Positions 41,185 to 56,309 of a DNA stretch of 64,000 nt are shown in pieces. Within the stretch, counting starts at the first letter, position 1; each line of letters opens with the position of its first letter. Source of the stretch: Nitrospirota bacterium (GTDB taxonomy: Bacteria > Nitrospirota > Thermodesulfovibrionia > Thermodesulfovibrionales > UBA9159); NCBI GenBank assembly GCA_963699545.1, contig CAVOUE010000006.1, positions 406,068 to 470,067 on the forward strand. The letters run 5' to 3'. The translations under genes were made by a program, and so were the position numbers. The notes beneath the pieces are model-generated. The model was not told where the DNA came from, searched no databases, and was given only the letters and a program-made list of their open reading frames with translations.

Positions 41185-41987
41185 TGTTTTCCCCCTCTAT
41201 CCATTGATTTCCACCTCGCTGCTTTCTCTGCTTGCCCCTCTCCGCGGGTCAAAAAGTTGATCACTTTGGGGTCTTTTGATTCGGCGAGAAGTCTTCTGGG
41301 ATCTCCGGCTGCGATCATTGTCTTCGTATCGGCATCGAGGAAGACCGAGTTGTTTCCGATCGCGAAGATACTCGCCAGCTCATGGGTCACGACGACTACC
41401 GTAGAGCCGAGACTATTTCTCAGCTCGATGATCAGCTTGTCAAGGAGATGTGCGCTGATCGGATCGAGTCCAGCAGACGGCTCATCGAAGAAGAGGATTT
41501 CAGGGTCTAACGCCATGGCGCGGGCAAGTCCGGCGCGCTTCTTCATACCGCCGCTGATCTCAGAGGGATAATAGTCCTCGAAACCGGAAAGCCCGACGAG
41601 TGAAAGCTTCAGAGAGACGATTTCATTGATCTGAGCCGGATCCAGATCCGTGTATTGCTGGAGCGGGAGGGCGACGTTTTCGGCGAGAGTGAGGGAACTC
41701 CAGAGGGCCCCGCTCTGATAGAGTATGCCAAATTTCCTCATGATGCTCTTCTGCTCTTCGGGCCCAACGGACCAGAAACTCAGGCCGTCGTAAAGGATAT
41801 GTCCTTTTGCCGGCTGGAGGAGTCCGACCATACTTCGCAAAACGGTGCTCTTGCCTCCCCCGCTTCCTCCCATAATTATGAAAATGTCGCCCCTGTTAAT
41901 GGTAAAGGTGAGGTCGTGCAGGATCACATTGCTCCCGTACGCCACCGTCAGGTCCTGCACAACAATAGGGGGTCTTGTCTTCTCCAT
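41181..41987 (-). CDS. MlaF-like ABC ATP-binding protein
   Basis: GGSGGGKS, ISGGMKKRAGLARA, FFDEPSAGLDP. Confidence 0.92.
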   Translation of the reverse strand: MEKTRPPIVVQDLTVAYGSNVILHDLTFTINRGDIFIIMGGSGGGKSTVLRSMVGLLQPAKGHILYDGLSFWSVGPEEQKSIMRKFGILYQSGALWSSLTLAENVALPLQQYTDLDPAQINEIVSLKLSLVGLSGFEDYYPSEISGGMKKRAGLARAMALDPEILFFDEPSAGLDPISAHLLDKLIIELRNSLGSTVVVVTHELASIFAIGNNSVFLDADTKTMIAAGDPRRLLAESKDPKVINFLTRGEGQAEKAARWKSMDRGGKQ

Positions 41988-42003
41988 CTCTGCTCTGTGC
42001 TCC

Positions 42004-43167
42004 TCAGATATTCAGCACATTACAAACAACGGTTATCACCGCCATCGCCACAACGATGCTGACTATGCCTGTCACGACCGCAGAGGTTGTCGCTTCACCC
42101 ACGGCGGCCGCGCTCCTGCCACACTGCATGCCCCGCATGCAACCGGAAAGCGCAACGAGGACGCCGAAAACCGCGGCACTAAACAGTCCGATCCAAAAGT
42201 CGTTCAGGTTTACTGATTCGCAAGTCTTATTGTAGTATTCCATGAAGTTAAGGTCGAGCATCGAGACACTGATGATTAGGCCGCCGAGCATTCCCATCAG
42301 GTCTGCATAAAGACTCAATAGAGGCATCATTAGGAAAAGGGCGAGCATCCTGGGCAGAACAAGGAATTCCATGGGTGATATGCCAAGGGTCTTCAAGGCG
42401 TCGATCTCCTCGTTCACCTGCATCGTGCCGAGCTGTGCGGCGAATGATGCCCCCGTCCGGCCTGCCATGATGATCCCGGTCATAATAGCTGCAAGGACGC
42501 GGACCATGCCGATACCTACAAGGCTTGCGACATAGATCTGGGCACCAAAAATCTTGAGCTGGATGGCACCGATGAAAGCGAGGATAAGACCGACAAGTAT
42601 GCTGATAAGAGAAACAATCGGCAGTGCCTGAGCCCCGCATTGCTGGATAATGAGAAACAGGTCGGACCGGCGAAATCGAGCTTTCCCGGTAACAAGCCGC
42701 ATAAAAGCAATAGAGGCATTCCCGATAAAGTCTGTCATGTCGAGAAGCGACCGCCAGAATATCAGCGCTGATTCGCCGAACCGCTCAAGGATGGGGAAGC
42801 GCGCCAGTTCCTTTTTTCCCCACTTTCTCTCCGGCACTGCGGAGGCAAGGGCGAGGAGCCGTTGCACGCCCTCGGGAAGGGTATCCTCTTCCACAGGTAT
42901 ATTGTTGCTTGAAGCCAAAGTACGAACCCTGATCAGAAATGTCAGAAGCACACTGTCCCAGCCCGTCAGGTTCTCTGTCTTAAATAATATACGTTTTACC
43001 CGTGGCACCATTTCGAGTTGTTTCTCTACCTCACGTGCAGCCGGCAGTCTATTCTCCCTTTTCCAATCTCCTGCAAGACTGATAAGCAGTGTATCTGAAT
43101 CCATCCTACTGAAGTCGAGAGAGATAGGTTCCATCAATGAATCCTCTTTTTGTTTCTCATGCTCCAC
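42004..43167 (-). CDS. MlaE-family permease with an N-terminal STAS domain
   Basis: WDSVLL (STAS), AGRTGASFAAQLGTMQVNEEIDAL, VGEATTSAVV. Confidence 0.92.
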   Translation of the reverse strand: MEHEKQKEDSLMEPISLDFSRMDSDTLLISLAGDWKRENRLPAAREVEKQLEMVPRVKRILFKTENLTGWDSVLLTFLIRVRTLASSNNIPVEEDTLPEGVQRLLALASAVPERKWGKKELARFPILERFGESALIFWRSLLDMTDFIGNASIAFMRLVTGKARFRRSDLFLIIQQCGAQALPIVSLISILVGLILAFIGAIQLKIFGAQIYVASLVGIGMVRVLAAIMTGIIMAGRTGASFAAQLGTMQVNEEIDALKTLGISPMEFLVLPRMLALFLMMPLLSLYADLMGMLGGLIISVSMLDLNFMEYYNKTCESVNLNDFWIGLFSAAVFGVLVALSGCMRGMQCGRSAAAVGEATTSAVVTGIVSIVVAMAVITVVCNVLNI

Positions 43168-43258
43168 GAGGTGACACGCCTAAGAAGAAAATGTCTATCA
43201 CCGGTGAACCGCTCCATGTCAAATTCCTCCGTATGTTCTCCAGCTTACATCTATCAGC

Positions 43259-43286
43259 ATTGTATCACCAAAAGAAACCCTGTCAA
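43259..43286 (-). promoter_or_regulatory. sigma70 promoter of the MCE operon
   Basis: TTGACA (43281-43286), 16 nt, TACAAT (43259-43264) preceded by TGn. Confidence 0.65.
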
Positions 43287-43609
43287 AGGAATATTGTCGA
43301 CATTTTTTCGTAGATCCTCAACTCAACTTTTCAGCCGTCCCACATACCTTACCCTTTCTTCCATCCACATCAAAGCAACGTCATTTTTCTCCTCCGGTAA
43401 CCCCTGCCATCCCAAGAATGCCCTGAGCATATCCCGCCTCGAGCGCCCGCCGACTGCGGACTCCTGTGAGAAATCAACCCCGTTAAGTATTTCCGTTATT
43501 GAAGGTTCATCGGGGAACCACGCCAAGAATGGCAGCAACGAAATGTCAACTTTCAGACGATGTGGCTTGCAGTGAGATACTGGTAAAGTTATAGAAAGCT
43601 TCCCGCCGC

Positions 43610-43969
43610 TCACTTGCTCACCCACTCCACCGCCCGCTTCAAAGAAGATGGGGGGAAAAACTCAACCCGTGTGCTCGTCAAACCTTTTCCCACGAACATG
43701 AACGCGTCATCCTTCCACCGCTCGTCACCCACAAGCGCCATTTTGACGATGTCATCGCCATGCTCCGCCATAAAACCGACATCGCCCCAGGCTTCAGACT
43801 TCTCCCATCCCTTGAAGTTTTCCATAATTGCGACGAGTCTCACTTTCTTGCCCTTCCCGATCATTTCCATGGCAGCGGACTCCAGCATCTTCTGGTCTGC
43901 TATCTGCATGACACCACTGATACGGACATGGATAACCGAAGCTGTAATGTTGATGATCTCACAGGCCAT
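43610..43969 (-). CDS. STAS/SEC14 (SpoIIAA-like) protein
   Basis: F.GWE..AW.D..F...H....KMALVGDERW ... A.EWV pattern. Confidence 0.8.
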   Translation of the reverse strand: MACEIINITASVIHVRISGVMQIADQKMLESAAMEMIGKGKKVRLVAIMENFKGWEKSEAWGDVGFMAEHGDDIVKMALVGDERWKDDAFMFVGKGLTSTRVEFFPPSSLKRAVEWVSK

Positions 43970-44067
43970 TTGCGAACCTCCTCCGACCGCTGTTTCCTGA
44001 ACGCGGTCTCGTTTATTTCCGAATGGGGATACCCCTTCCCTGTCCTGTCAATTCCAGCATATCAAAC

Positions 44068-45724
<1,657 letters not shown>

Positions 45725-45740
45725 CTCATGGATCTCCTGT

Positions 45741-47552
45741 TTATGTTGTATCACGCTTTTGTGCCACAGGACCTTCTTTCGTTCCGGACGAGTTTTCCGC
45801 CCTGTCCTTATCCGCACTGGCAAGGCCCCGGATGGCCATCGCATATTGATCCTTGAGGCCGGCGAGGAAGACACTGTCGATCTGTCCCTTCCAGGTCGTT
45901 ATCTCGGTGAACCGTTTCGGGATCGATACGTCTTCAGGACGGTACCCTGTCATGACGCGCAGCTTCCATCTCAGCCTCTGGATCTCACCCGCAACCGTGT
46001 CCATATTGTCTGCCAGAGTCCCGTAGCCGACGCTCTTGAGGCAATTGCCAAGTACTTCATCCGTATAAACTCCCCGCGCAAACAGGCACGAGACCATCGA
46101 GGTGAGAAAAACCCTTCCCTTCTCATCATTGACCAGGAACTTCACTGCATCCTCAACATTCTTGCCCTTCGGCTTCTGGTCGTAGGAGTAGCCTCCGGAG
46201 TCAAGATGCGAGTGGCGGAATCCGAGGGCCTGGGAAACAAAGAACGCCTCACCCGTTGCATAGCCCGCCATCTCCTGTCCGAGGACACAGGCGAAATCAC
46301 CGCCGCCATATCGTTCCGCTGCCTTCGCCGTGCTCTGGGACAGGAGCTGATAAAACTCATTTGTCCCGTAGGCCATGTGCTGAAGGGCCGCCTGGTACGA
46401 AGCCGAGTTGCCGAACGCAAGGGGAACAAGGGTCTCTTTTTCGGTAATAATGCCCTTGTCGAGCGCCTCTGTGGCCCATGCCAAGCGCGACGCCCGGGCG
46501 ACATCACATCGAGCCCCATCTTCTCGGCCACGTCGATAAGCTTCAGGACCTCGAAGCAGTCCATGACACCAAGCATGGAGCCGACGGCGAAAATGAGCTC
46601 ATGGTCGTAGGAGATCTGACGATAGATGTAGCGGTTTTCTTCCCGGAAGCGTTCTCTCACAAAACCGATATGGATGCAGCCTACAGGGCATCCGGCACAG
46701 GCCGCGTTTCTCAGGAGCGCGACCTCGGCGAACCGCTCGCCGGTGATGCCCTCGGTCGCAGGGTCGGCAGTTGCCTGGAGGTTCCTGATCGGCAGGGCCT
46801 TCAGGTCGTTCATGACTCTGACGTTGCCGGGAGTGCCGAGGTTATGGTATTTGCTCATCATGTCGGTGTCGGTCATGTCCTTATAGACTTTATCAAAGAC
46901 CTTGACATAGTCCTTGCCCTCCGGAAGCAGGAAGGAGCTGTCGCCGTGGATCATGATGGCCTTCAGGTTCTTTGAGCCCATCACTGCCCCGGCGCCAAGC
47001 CTCCCGAAGTGGCGATAGGTATCTGCGTTGATGCAGGCCATAGGCGACTGCCGCTCCCCTGCAGGACCGATCCTGAGGATCGTCCGGTGCCCTGAGCCGG
47101 GGAGCATACGCCGCAGGATCTTTCCCGCGACATACAGGTCAGTACCCCACAAGTAGTGGACGTCTTTGATTTCGATCTGGCGGGACCCCACAATGAGGGC
47201 GGACGGTGTCTTCGCCCTGCCGGTGATCACGAGGGCATCATAGTCTGCAAAGCGCAGGGACAGGGCTGATCGTCCTCCCGCGTGGCTCTCGGCGAATTGA
47301 TCATGGTAGGGAGACTTAAAGGCACAGACGGTCTTGCTCATGAGCGGAAAGTATCCTGTCAGCGGACCGATGGCGAAGATGAGCGGCTGCCCGGGTTCAT
47401 TCCATGGTTTGTCGAGAAGAGCCGTATTTTTCGAAGAGCATCGCTGCCAGGCCGCTTCCGCCTGCCACCGTATTCCTGCCATCGATATCCGTAATGGTTC
47501 TTTGCCCGGACGAAAGATCGACCATGAGTACTCTGAAATGTTCCCTTATCAT
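45741..47552 (-). CDS. Tungsten/molybdenum aldehyde:ferredoxin oxidoreductase family protein (~600 aa; frameshifts near 47420 and 46490); candidate glyceraldehyde-3-phosphate oxidoreductase large subunit
   Basis: GGSGLAA, KSPY...[56 protein letters not shown] 47552 overlaps the ferredoxin stop. Confidence 0.88.
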
Positions 47553-48006
47553 GGCTCCACCTCCCCGGCAACTGCCGCTTCTTTTCCTGCAGGAGTTGCT
47601 CCCCTTGAAAACTCCGTGTGTTCCAGACAGTCATGGGGACAGTAGGGTACGCATCTGCCGCAGTGGATGCAGACAAAGGGCTCCCCGGTTGTGTCGAGAT
47701 AGATCGCATCCACCGGACAGGCCTTTGCGCAGGCCCCGCAGCGGATGCAGAGCTTCTTTCTCACCACTACGCCTCCGCCCTTCCTCTGGGAATACGCGCC
47801 AGTCGGACAGGCGCATTACGCAGGGCGCAGGGTCGCAGGCCAGACAGAGTCCGTGCCTCGAACCCTGTCGAGAGCCCTCCCGAGGACCTGATGCGGATAC
47901 CCGCCGTGTCCCAGGACAGGCGCTTATGCACAAGCCGTGCACAGGCGAGCGAGCACGAATGGCATCCGATGCAGCGCTCCATTCTCGGTGTGGTCAGAAT
48001 TTTCAT
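47549..48006 (-). CDS. Polyferredoxin-like 4x[4Fe-4S] subunit (indels about 47790-47850)
   Basis: CIGCHSCSLAC, CLACDPAPC, CIRCGACAKAC, CIHCGRCVPYC across three frames; SD AAGGAG before ATG 48006. Confidence 0.88.
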
Positions 48007-48176
48007 GGTGTTATCTCCTTCTATGTTTCTACTGTCGAACCATTCTACAGAGTCGCGAGAAATTACGCTTACGGAATCATTTCTCTGTATCCATAGACGT
48101 ATTTCAAACCGACTGAAACCTCTTCCCGGTACTCGGGTGAATTTCTGTAGCTTCATGGCTTCTCCTTTTTATCTCA

Positions 48177-50269
<2,093 letters not shown>

Positions 50270-50325
50270 TCATTTCTCCTTTCAGGTGTCTGGTTTTGTC
50301 TCTCTGCCAATGCCGATCTTCATTG

Positions 50326-51763
50326 TCACCTGCCTTGTTTCCTGAGTTCGATGATCTCCATGCGATTGTTCGCTCCGGGATGCTTTGATGACGGCCCTTC
50401 CGTCAATATCGCGAGATCACCCGTCAGCTCGTGAGACTCGATCCATCTTTTTATGTAAGTATTCCAATCGTCAGGATGATCCGGTTCGTACACAGGGTGC
50501 ACCCCGAAGGAGAAGACGAGGTTCTGACAGGTCCTCTCAAACGAACTTACTGCCACGATCCAGACAGGCATTCTGAAAAAAGCGAGGTTCCGGGGGGTCG
50601 TGCCGCTGTGCGTCGGCGAGAACACCGCGGCAGGAGAGGAGTACTCGAGGCTCGCTTCGACCGCTATGGCGATCAGGTGCGCGAGCTTGATCCTGCTTGC
50701 TGATATCGATTCCCTGATAGAGGTCACGGACCGAGAGCTGCCGTCTCTGCGGCTCTACCTCAGCGGCAATTTTCGTCAGCATCTCTACCGCGTCGACCGG
50801 ATACTTTCCCATGGCAGATTCTCCCGAGAGCATGACGCAGTCGGTGCCGTCGAGAATAGCATTCGATACATCCGTTGCCTCTGCACGTGTCGGTCGTCTG
50901 TTTTCGGTCATGGACTCAAGCATCTGTGTCGCCGTAATGACCGGCTTTGCCCTCCTGTTTGCCTGCTTCATGAGATCCTTCTGGATGACGGCGATCCGTT
51001 CTATCGGGACCTCCACGCCAAGATCACCACGCGCGATCATGATACCGTCCGCTGCATCGAGAATATCATCCATGTGCTCAAGTGCATTCGAGCGTTCGAT
51101 CTTGGCGATGATAAAAGGATGGTAGCCCAGGGCGTCCGCAGCCTGACGCACAGCCCTGATGTCTGCACCGGTCTCGACAAAGGACTGGCTGACCGCATCG
51201 ATGCCCTCCTCTGCGGCAAACTTGAGACATTCGTGGTCGCGCTCGGTGAAGGCGCTGATGCCGAGATCGATGCCGGGGAGGTTGAGTCCCTTGCGGGATC
51301 GGAGTTCACCGCCGACAACCACCATGCAGAAGACCTCGTTGCCTTTTACCGAGGAGACATCGAGTTGGATGATACCGTCATTCAGAAAGAGTGCATCACC
51401 GGTCTTGACCACCTGCGGCAGCTTCCTGAAGGTGACGGACGCCTTTCCTGAATCACCGACAATGTCGTCGCTAGTAAGCATAAAGGCATCGCCGGGCCTT
51501 AACTCAATCGGTTCCTCTTCAAGCTTACCAATGCGCATTTTGGGGCCGGAGAGGTCTGCCATAATGGCTACCCGCTTTCCGGCAACACGGGCCGCTGACC
51601 TCAGGTTTCTGACTACGGTGCGGTGGCTCTCGAGGTCACCATGCGAGAAATTAAGCCGCGCAATGTTCATTCCTGCGTGCATCATCTTTTCCATGACCTC
51701 GGGCGATTCCGAAGCCGGCCCGATAGTGCACACGATCTTTGTCTTATGCAGAGGAAGCTTCAT
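50326..51763 (-). CDS. pyk: Pyruvate kinase (frameshift near 50710)
   Basis: TKIVCTIGPAS, ARLNFSHG, IIAKIE, MIARGDLGVE, ATQMLESM, MLSGESA. Confidence 0.96.
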
Positions 51764-51790
51764 ACTGTATTGTCTCCTTTTCTCATCTGC

Positions 51791-53083
51791 TCACCTTATG
51801 GAAGCCGGCTGTCCGGTCGATGCGAGTACGCTGCTCCATATCCATCCTTCGGGGTCGATCTTCTTGCGCTGCGACACAGCGAGCGGTATCGGCACATGGG
51901 TGAACTGATGGTTCCAGAAGCCGACGATCATGCCGGTCCTGCCTGCCATGCCCGCGTGCACAGCGTTATGTCCAAGCAGCAGGCAGAAGGCCGAGTCATG
52001 AGGGTTGGCCTGCTGACTCCTGATCATGTAGCTTGGGTCTATATACTTGAGGTTGATCTCCATGCCGATCCGCTTGAAATGGTCTTTGATGCGGTCACGG
52101 AGAAAGATCCCGATGTCGCCGTATTTGATATTGCCCGAGGCGTCCCGTTCACCCGTTGCCTCGAAAAGTTCCTGTCCGGCGCCTTCAGCAACAACGATCA
52201 CGGCATGACCCCGCTGCTCGAGCCGCTGCTTCAGGGCGGAAAGAAGACCATCCAGCGTGAATGGCACCTCCGGTATGAGACAGAAGTTCACCTGGTTGTC
52301 CACCAGCGCCGAGAAGGCAGCGATAAAGCCGGAGTCGCGGCCCATGAGTTTGACCAGGCCTATGCCGTTACGCGCGCCGGCAGCCTCTGCGTGCGCGGCA
52401 GAGGTCGCCCGCTTCGCCTCCGAGACTGCGGTCTCGAAACCAAAGGTTGTCTGGACATAGGAGATATCGTTGTCGATAGTCTTAGGGATGCCGATCACGC
52501 TGAGTTTGAGTCCGCGCCGCGAGGCCTCCTCGCTGATGGCGAGAGCTCCCCGCTGTGTGCCGTCTCCGCCGATGCAGAAGAGGATGCCGACCCCCATACG
52601 CTCCAGGGTATCGACCATTACCGGGACATCCTGATTGCCGCGTGAGGAGCCGAGAATGGTGCCACCCATCTCGTCTATCTGTGATACGACCTGAGGGGTG
52701 AGCATAATAGGCTGGTGACCGAATTTCGGCTCAAGCCCTTCGTATCCGTACGGAAAACCATAAATCGTCCGGACCCCATAGTGGTGGTGGAGGCTCAGGA
52801 CTACGGACCGGATCACATCGTTCAGCCCCGGACAGAGGCCGCCGCAGGTTACAATGCCGCAGGCGAGTTTTGAGGGGTCGAAAAATATCTTCTCCCTCGG
52901 TCCAGCAGCCTCAAATTTCGGCGGCTCGCTTTCTGCATCAAGGTAACGCCTTATCGTGCCGAGGTCGCTGTGAAGAAGTATATGCTCCTCATCACGGGTG
53001 AAGCGGACGCCGCTCATGGGAGACGGGACCGTGCAGTCGCCGAGACGCCGTATCATGAAATCCTTTGCCTGTTCCATCTGCAC
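51791..53083 (-). CDS. pfkA: 6-phosphofructokinase, group X (PPi-clade, predicted ATP-dependent)
   Basis: TCGGLCPG, GGTILGSSRG, IGGDGT, PKTIDND, KLMGRDSGFIA, YIDPSYMIRS. Confidence 0.9.
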   Translation of the reverse strand: MQMEQAKDFMIRRLGDCTVPSPMSGVRFTRDEEHILLHSDLGTIRRYLDAESEPPKFEAAGPREKIFFDPSKLACGIVTCGGLCPGLNDVIRSVVLSLHHHYGVRTIYGFPYGYEGLEPKFGHQPIMLTPQVVSQIDEMGGTILGSSRGNQDVPVMVDTLERMGVGILFCIGGDGTQRGALAISEEASRRGLKLSVIGIPKTIDNDISYVQTTFGFETAVSEAKRATSAAHAEAAGARNGIGLVKLMGRDSGFIAAFSALVDNQVNFCLIPEVPFTLDGLLSALKQRLEQRGHAVIVVAEGAGQELFEATGERDASGNIKYGDIGIFLRDRIKDHFKRIGMEINLKYIDPSYMIRSQQANPHDSAFCLLLGHNAVHAGMAGRTGMIVGFWNHQFTHVPIPLAVSQRKKIDPEGWIWSSVLASTGQPASIR

Positions 53084-53088
53084 CCCCT

Positions 53089-54120
53089 TCAGGTCTTATA
53101 CATGGTGGTCCCGACAGCCCTGAGATCAGTCCACAGCCTTCTTGACCCGTTCTGCCATGCCGGATTCAGCCAGAGCGAGATACGTACGGGGGTCATAGGT
53201 CTTCTTGTTGCCCACCTCGCCGTCCACCTTCAGCACGCCGTCGTAGTTTTTGAACATATGGTCAACGATCGGCCGGGTGAAGGCATACTGGGTGTCTGTA
53301 TCGATATTCATCTTGACGACGCCATAATCGACCGCCTCATGGATATCACGGAGTTCCGAACCCGATCCACCGTGGAACACCAGGTAAAAGCGGGCTTCCT
53401 CACCGTACTGTTTGACGACAGCATCCTGGCATTCCTTCAGGATCGAGGGTTTCAGTTTCACATGGCCCGGTTTATAGACGCCATGGACATTACCGAAGGT
53501 CGCAGCAAGCAGATACCGCGCGCCCTTGATCGGCGTTCAGCCGGCGGGCAACCTCAAGTGTGTCCTCAGGGGTTGTGTAGAGCTTGGCCCCTGCCTCACC
53601 CTTCACTCCGTCCTCCTCGCCGCCGACCACACCCGCCTCGATCTCGAGGATGAGATCATTCTTCTGGAACCGCTCCAGGAGTTTGACGGCGATATCGAGG
53701 TTCTCTTTGAGCGGCAGGGCGCTTCCGTCGAACATGTGGCTGTTGAAGAGGTTCGGCCTGCCTGCTGCCCTCCGCCGTTCTGTCTCTTCGACAAGCGGAA
53801 TGACGAGCTTATCGAGCTTGTCCGCCTGGCAGTGGTCGGTGTGGAGAGCGACATAAATCGGGTACCGCTCCGCTGCACGATGGACGTGCTCGGCTATGGA
53901 GATCGCGCCAAGGGCCATGTCCTTGACCGATGACCCTGAGGCGAATGCTCCGCCACCTGTCGAGACCTGAATGATACCGTCACTCTTGCTCTCGGCAAGT
54001 CCCTTGAGCACCGCATTTGCGGTCGTGAGCGATGTCACGTTGATGGCGGGATAGGCATAATGTCCTTCCCGTGCCCTTTCGAGCATCTTGCAGTAGATTT
54101 TGATAATCAGCTACCGGCAT
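53089..54120 (-). CDS. fbaA: Fructose-bisphosphate aldolase class II (frameshifts near 54100, 53520, 53131)
   Basis: YAYPAINV, LHTDHC, SHMFDGS, GGEEDG, FGNVHGVYKPG, VFHGGSGS, KMNIDTD, YDPR. Confidence 0.94.
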
Positions 54121-54193
54121 ATCGTTCTCCTTTCCTACTCGCTCACCTTGTTCAGTTCCTGATACGGTGTGTCCCCTCCGGACATCCCTTGTC

Positions 54194-56302
54194 TCACTTC
54201 CCTTTGTTCTTTATCTGGGAGACAAGCACCGCCACGGACCGCGACTGCACAGGGAAAAGGGCATCCTGGACCGCAACCGCCTCATTCCACGAGCAGATGT
54301 CATCAGGTGATTCCCGGGACGTATCGATCCAGCGCATCCAGCGCGCCGGAAAGTTCCGGGACGGACGGGATCTCGAATTCCAGCTCTTCCCAGTATGCAT
54401 TTATCATTATATGGATCATGAACCTGCCTCCTCAGGCTTCTCACGGTCAAGGCGATGGTATGGGAGTCTGCGCCCCAGTCAGGCTGGTTGAGCTTCACTC
54501 CATGCCAGGCTATTTGCGCCTGTTGGAGAAGCTGGTTCAGGGTCAGTCCGGGGTCCTTCACGGGAAACGTCCCACCGCAGGCGGGCCGCAATGAGATGCT
54601 TGACAAACCTGTGCAGGTCTGCATGTTTCTCGACAAGGCCCCAGTCGAACCAGCTGATCTCATTGTCCTGACAATAGGCATTATTATTTCCTCTCTGTGT
54701 TCTTCTTACCTCATCCCCCATGAGGAGCATGGGCGCTCCCGCTGCAAGCAGGGTGACGGCAAAGAAGTTCTTCACCTGACGGTTTCTGAGTCCCTCGATC
54801 AGCCGGATCGTCCGTCGGGCCTTCGACTCCGCAGTTCCAGCTCAGGTTGTCATTGCTGCCGTCACGGTTCTCTTCGCCGTTCGCCTCGTTATGCTTGCCG
54901 TTGTACGAGACGAGGTCATTCAGGGTGAACCCGTCATGACAGGTGATGAAGTTGATGCTCTGCTCAGGCTCTCGCTCCTTATGTCCATAGATGTCGGGAC
55001 TGCCGAGCAGACGGGATGCGAATTTTGAGACAACGTACCCTGTCTCCCTTGATAAAGCTCCGCACATCGTCCCGGAATCTTCCGTTCCATTCCTTCCAGC
55101 TGTCGCCGATGAAGCTGCCCACCTGGTAAAGCCCGGCCGCATCCCATGCCTCGGCGATCAGCTTGACGCCGGCCAGTGCCGGATCGGTCTCGATGTCCCA
55201 GAGGACAGGGGGGTTCGCAAGTGGCCGTCCCTCTTCGTCGCGGGTCAGGATCGACGCAAGGTCGAAACGGAAACCGTCCACATGCATCTGCTGGACCCAG
55301 TAGTGAAGGCTGTCGATGATCATGCGGCGCACAAAAGGGTTGCTCGCATCAAGCGTGTTGCCGCACCGCGTGTAATTGGCGTAGTGCTCCTGTCTGGTTC
55401 GAGAATGTAATAGGCGTCGTTTTCCAAACCCCGGAAAGAAAGCGTCGGCCCCTCATGGTTGCCCTCTGCAGTATGGTTGTATACCACATCGAGGATCACC
55501 TCGATCCCTGCGCGGTGGAGCGCCTTCACCATGTCGCGGAACTCATCGACCGGTCCGAGAGGGTCTTTCCGCGAACTGTATGCCGGATGAGGCGCGAAGA
55601 ACGATACCGGTGCATAGCCCCAGTAGTTCTTAAACCCCGGAGGCGCGTCCTGCTCATCGAAATGATAGACCGGGAGCAGCTCGACCGCAGTGATGCCGAG
55701 GTCCTGAAGGTAGGGGATCTTTTCGATCAGGCCGGCGTAGGTCCCCCGTTTCTCAGGTGCGACGCCCGAATTCGGATGGGCCGTAAATCCGCGGACGTGC
55801 ATCTCATAGATGATCGTGCGGGTAAAGGGCTGTCTCGGCGGCGCATCACCCTCCCAGTCATAGGAACCCGGATCTGCCACCACGCTCTTCATCGCAGTAC
55901 TGCAATTGTCGCCTGGCCGGCTCGCCAATGCACGGCTATACTTCTCAGGAATGACAACAGCCCTGCCGTACGGATCGAGGAGCACTTTCTCATGGTCAAA
56001 ACGCATACCGCGCTCCGGCTCATGGGGACCATGGACACGATATCCGTAGATCTGTCCCGGACCGATATCAGGGACAAAGACATGCCAATAATGGTATGTC
56101 CTGTTCTTCCTCGGATCAAGCGGAATCGTACGCGCAGGTACGGTATCTCCCGCATCTTCAAAAAGCAGCAGTTCCACTGCGTCGGCGTTCTTGGAAAAGA
56201 CGCTGAAATTGACACCGCCGTCCCGCACTTCGCCCCGAGAGGAAAACTGTTCCCCCGCATTTTATCAATCATGGCATCCCTGGGTAATTGTTCCCTGACC
56301 AT
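54194..56302 (-). CDS. glgX: Glycogen debranching enzyme (several frameshifts)
   Basis: [69 protein letters not shown]. Confidence 0.94.
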
Positions 56303-56309
56303 TGTCTCA

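Noticed and set aside
43323-43625. 100-aa minus-strand ORF after the SpoIIAA-like gene
   Set aside because: No recognisable motif or SD, and it overlaps the upstream gene; cannot be supported as a gene.
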